A DNA stretch of 64,000 nucleotides from contig OY764216.1 of NCBI GenBank assembly GCA_963668315.1, forward strand, positions 4,608,001-4,672,000, written 5' to 3'. Origin of the DNA: Spirochaetia bacterium. Its GTDB lineage: Bacteria > Spirochaetota > Spirochaetia > DSM-2461. Both the position numbers and the translations under genes were made by a program. Below are positions 60,440-64,000 of the stretch, in pieces. A model generated the notes under the pieces. The model saw only the letters and a list, made by a program, of their open reading frames with translations, searched no databases and was not told where the DNA came from. How positions within the stretch are numbered: position 1 is the first letter of the stretch; every line of letters starts with the position of its first letter.

Positions 60440-60852
60440 TGACTCCGATGGTTATCCGCGGGATAAGGTATGATAACCAGAGAGCTGTCCCTTTCTCCCG
60501 CGAAAAAACCTTTGTAGTATTTTTTTCTGATAATCCGGTAGCGCCATCTGCAACCGAGTTCACAGAGAACATCATACACCATCATACGTCCGCAGGGAGC
60601 CGACATAAACTGTTCAAAACTGGCATCATCAAAATAATGGCGGTTTTTTGCCAGAAGCACTGTTCGTGCCCGATATCTGCGTCCTATGGAACTGTGAAGT
60701 TCTACAGCCTTTATTATAATAAATACTAATAACAGCCCACCTACTCCTACAGCTATCGGATGAAGGTCTATAATGATCCCCAAAACGACCAGTAGAAGAG
60801 CGCCGATATCAAGAATAAAAGCCCATAGATTCAAAAAAATGAAAGTTCGCAT
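60427..60852 (-). CDS. Hypothetical membrane protein
   Basis: Two N-terminal TMs, FMSAPCGR; GAGGA upstream; non-ATG start in sequence. Confidence 0.55.
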   Translation of the reverse strand: MRTFIFLNLWAFILDIGALLLVVLGIIIDLHPIAVGVGGLLLVFIIIKAVELHSSIGRRYRARTVLLAKNRHYFDDASFEQFMSAPCGRMMVYDVLCELGCRWRYRIIRKKYYKGFFAGERDSSLVIIPYPADNHRSHDGE

Positions 60853-60897
60853 TAATTCCTCTGTAAGCCGATCCGGAATGTCACTCCCTGTACTGTA

Positions 60898-61311
60898 CTA
60901 ATGGGTAAGAGCGTTATAGAACTGCTCTACATATTTGAGCATATCCTCTTCGCTGCTTCCCTTAACCGGATATGTGGCATTTTCAGTATGGCCCTGAAAA
61001 TGGAAAGCATAATAGGGAAAACAGCCGCAGGTAGTTACCCGACTATACCCTACTTCCATGACGGAATTGGGCATGATAACATTCATATTGCGTGAACTCG
61101 GAACGCAATAGCAGGTGATGACTTCACTGTACATAATAACCCGTTTATTGGTTACCACAAGGGTGGACTTTCGTTTTGTACCAAGGATTTTCAGAATGAA
61201 AGCCGTAAATTTGGCCAGTGCCTGAGTAAGCGGATTGGCTCCTCCACCGTATATATCGCCTTCCACTTTAAAAACCAGTTCTTCCCCTTCTGTCAATTTG
61301 AGTTCTTTCAT
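60898..61311 (-). CDS. Hypothetical protein (bacterial PH-like, Cys-containing)
   Basis: AAGGAG RBS; LVVTNKRVI. Confidence 0.65.
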   Translation of the reverse strand: MKELKLTEGEELVFKVEGDIYGGGANPLTQALAKFTAFILKILGTKRKSTLVVTNKRVIMYSEVITCYCVPSSRNMNVIMPNSVMEVGYSRVTTCGCFPYYAFHFQGHTENATYPVKGSSEEDMLKYVEQFYNALTH

Positions 61312-61437
61312 AGATACTCCTTAAATTAATTTGTTCCAGATTGTAACATTCAACATCGACAATAGCAAATCTTTTTTTATTTTTTTACATTCACTAAAAT
61401 TGAATATAATAAACAGAAATATCTTAAATTATACCCT

Positions 61438-61547
61438 AAAAAAATCCCCTCCCGGAACCGACTCCGAAAGGGAATTTACAGCGCAGGGAAAAACTACTTC
61501 TCCAGTTCGTTCTCAATCATCTCCCAGAAAGAACCGGCAGCCCTTTA
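61438..61547. repeat. Diverged copy of uraA 3' end + terminator fused to a copy of the cNMP gene 3' end
   Basis: 61438-61523 resembles 62801-62888 (EMIENELEK* versus EMIEDGLKK*); 61531-61547 equals 59890-59906. Confidence 0.8.
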
Positions 61548-61562
61548 GGGCCGCCGCAGGAT

Positions 61563-62702
61563 TTACGTAAGGCTCGACCCGTTCTTGATCCGGGATTTAT
61601 TCTCATACATCATCAGATCGGCTTCATGAATCACCTGCCCCAGAGACAGGCCTTTCCCCGGAGGAAAAACAGCCCATCCAATGCTCAAAGAAAGTCGGTA
61701 AGGCCTTCCTCCCTTCTGATTCTCCTCTTCAACCGCCCCGTTGATCCGGCGGATGATTTTTTCGATCTCCCCCGGTTCCTCCTCCTCCAGAAGGATGAGA
61801 AATTCATCTCCCCCGAATCGGGCGACCCGGTCTATCCCCTTTACCCGGCCGGACAGGATGGCGGCGACGGAGACCAGAGCCCTGTCTCCCTCCTTGTGCC
61901 CATAGGTATCATTAATCCCTTTGAAATCATTAAAATCCACCATGAGCAGGGAGAAAGCTCCCTTCCTTCCCGCATCCCGGATTCTCGACTGGAGAAGATC
62001 ATCCATCTGCTGCCTGTTGATAAGACCGGTCAGATAGTCCCGGATCTCCTTCTGGGTCTCAAGATAGACATAGGTAAACATAACCGCCAGAGCGACGGAG
62101 GGCCAGATGAAACTGGAACCGTAGAAAAGGCACTGGATTATCATCCCGAGAACGGGGAGGGAGCCGAAAAGACAGGTTGTGTGAAAAACCTTCCGGTCCC
62201 CCCTCACCCCGCTCTGGAAAAAGAGAGAAAAGGATGAGACAATAAGCAGAATACTTATGGCCACCACCACATACATCCCCGTTTCCCGGTGATAGTTATT
62301 GTTCCCGTCAACGGAAAAGACGAAATCCGTAAAGAGGGAATAGACCATGATGAGAGAAGATATTGCCAGGGGAAACATATAGAATCCCCTTTTTCTTAAT
62401 CTCTCAACCGATTCATGGAGCTGATAATCCAGATAGCATAGCCAGGCGATGAGAGGGAGAGGCTCCAGCATATAGAAAATGAAGGAAGTAAAATAGGTCA
62501 GATAATAGCTGGAGCCCTGAGCGCCGTCGGTCAGCCAGGAGAGGGAGTCGGCAATCAGCAAAAGAATGGTGCTCCAGCTCAACAAAAGAAAAAGCCGGGT
62601 GGAAAAGGTCCTGATGGGGTTCTTGAGAAAGATGACACAGTTAATGATCAGGAGCACCATGATCATGATAATATCAATGTCGATAATTACATATTTATCC
62701 AT
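61563..62702 (-). CDS. Membrane-bound diguanylate cyclase
   Basis: Multiple TMs; DYLTGLINR, FKGINDTYGH, RFGGDEF. Confidence 0.92.
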   Translation of the reverse strand: MDKYVIIDIDIIMIMVLLIINCVIFLKNPIRTFSTRLFLLLSWSTILLLIADSLSWLTDGAQGSSYYLTYFTSFIFYMLEPLPLIAWLCYLDYQLHESVERLRKRGFYMFPLAISSLIMVYSLFTDFVFSVDGNNNYHRETGMYVVVAISILLIVSSFSLFFQSGVRGDRKVFHTTCLFGSLPVLGMIIQCLFYGSSFIWPSVALAVMFTYVYLETQKEIRDYLTGLINRQQMDDLLQSRIRDAGRKGAFSLLMVDFNDFKGINDTYGHKEGDRALVSVAAILSGRVKGIDRVARFGGDEFLILLEEEEPGEIEKIIRRINGAVEEENQKGGRPYRLSLSIGWAVFPPGKGLSLGQVIHEADLMMYENKSRIKNGSSLT

Positions 62703-62858
62703 GGGATAATCCTTTAGCCCTTTCCTCCCGGAATAGAGGGGGACAGGGAGATTATCGGCGCAATTATCTATAACCGTCTCTCTTTTTTGACAGGACGACT
62801 AAAAAAATCCCCCAACCGGAACCGAATCCGCCTGGGGGATATTCCGTAAAAGGAAGGA

Positions 62859-64000
62859 CTACTTCTTCAGTCCGTCCTCAATCATCTCTTCCGCCGTTTC
62901 TTCGGGAATATCGTCCAGAGACTGGGGCAGCACCAGATTAAGGATGATACCGACGACCGCGGCCAGAGCGACACCGCCCAGCTCGAAGTGCAGATCCGCC
63001 CCCAGGGGGAACCGGATCATACCGCCGCCGATACCTACGACCAGAATAACCGAGGAGATGGTCAGGTGGCGCTTCTCGCCGTAATTCACGCCGCTTTCCA
63101 CCACCGTTCTGATACCGGCCGAAGCGATGATACCGAAAAGCATCATGCTCACGCCGCCCATGACGGGAACGGGAATCGTCTGAATCAGGGCACCGAACTT
63201 CTGGATAAAGGAGAGAACCACCGCCACGACGGCGGCGCCGCCGATAACCCAGACGCTGTAGACACGGGTAATGGCCATAACGCCGATGTTCTCGCCGTAA
63301 GTCGTATTGGGAGGTCCGCCGAAGAGGGAAGCCACCGCCGTGGCGATACCGTCGCCCGCCAGGGTTCTGTGCAGACCGGGATCCTTGTAGAAATCCTTTC
63401 CCACCACCTTGCTCAGAACCAGGGTGTCCCCCAGATGCTCGGCGATGGTCGCCAGGGACACGATAAGGAAAGTCAGGATGGGGACCCAGTGAAACTTGGG
63501 GGCCACAGGTTTGGTAAAGCCGAACCAGGCCGCCTCTTTCACCGCCGTATAATCGATCAGGTGAAAAACGGGAAAGAACGCGCCCATGACCAAAGTGAAG
63601 ACATAGCCCCCCACGATCCCCAGAAGGATGGGAATCACGTTGAAAAATCCCTTGAGGACGATGGAGGAGACCACCGCGATAGCCAGGGAGACCAGGGCGA
63701 TCGTAAAATAGGCCAGATGATAGTCGCCGGTACTGGCGGTCATGGCCATATCCATGGCGGTAGGAGCCAGAGTCAGACCGATGACAATAATAACGGAACC
63801 GATAACCACGGGAGGCAGAACCCTGTCCATCCAGCCGATGCCGAAGCGCCCGATGATAAAAGCAATCACGCAGTAAAAAAGACCGGCGCAGAAAGCTCCG
63901 CCCATCGCATAGGCCACGCCGAAATCAGCGGAAGTGGAAATCGCGATAATAGGGGCGATAAAGGCAAAGGACGAGCCCAGAAAGGCGGGGACTTTCCCTT
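62859..64000 (-). CDS. uraA: Uracil/xanthine (NCS2) permease, 5' end outside window
   Basis: PAFLGSSFAF, EHLGD, PPNTTYGENIGVMAIT. Confidence 0.9.
   Translation of the reverse strand, partial: GKVPAFLGSSFAFIAPIIAISTSADFGVAYAMGGAFCAGLFYCVIAFIIGRFGIGWMDRVLPPVVIGSVIIVIGLTLAPTAMDMAMTASTGDYHLAYFTIALVSLAIAVVSSIVLKGFFNVIPILLGIVGGYVFTLVMGAFFPVFHLIDYTAVKEAAWFGFTKPVAPKFHWVPILTFLIVSLATIAEHLGDTLVLSKVVGKDFYKDPGLHRTLAGDGIATAVASLFGGPPNTTYGENIGVMAITRVYSVWVIGGAAVVAVVLSFIQKFGALIQTIPVPVMGGVSMMLFGIIASAGIRTVVESGVNYGEKRHLTISSVILVVGIGGGMIRFPLGADLHFELGGVALAAVVGIILNLVLPQSLDDIPEETAEEMIEDGLKK

Noticed and set aside
1..64000. CRISPR array or cas genes
   Set aside because: No regularly spaced repeat-spacer units or cas motifs seen

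Overview
Spirochaete-like chromosome segment (periplasmic-type flagellin flaB, rnc-acpP-rpmF-coaD cluster, OmpA). Positions ~41.2-64 kb are GC-richer housekeeping backbone. Left of a tRNA(CAT) gene at 41050-41123 lies a large AT-richer accessory region: a phage-type integrase, a replication/excisionase/CopG module, toxin-antitoxin and IS relics, a glycerate/gluconate-type catabolic cluster between 405-bp direct repeats, metE and metal-uptake genes. Most notable is a minus-strand, integron-like array at ~28.7-38.9 kb with no IntI gene in the window. It reads: attI-like simple site, a 2.6-kb cassette (OLD-family ATPase-TOPRIM nuclease plus two membrane proteins), attC, a 5.0-kb cassette holding a complete type II CBASS (CD-NTase, Cap2, Cap3, Cap4), attC, and a 2.5-kb unit (tyrosine recombinase plus frameshifted IS91-type HUH transposase) ending in an atypical attC-like hairpin. 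Each unit's start core is complementary to its own end core. All protein assignments come from motifs recognised by eye, not from database searches.
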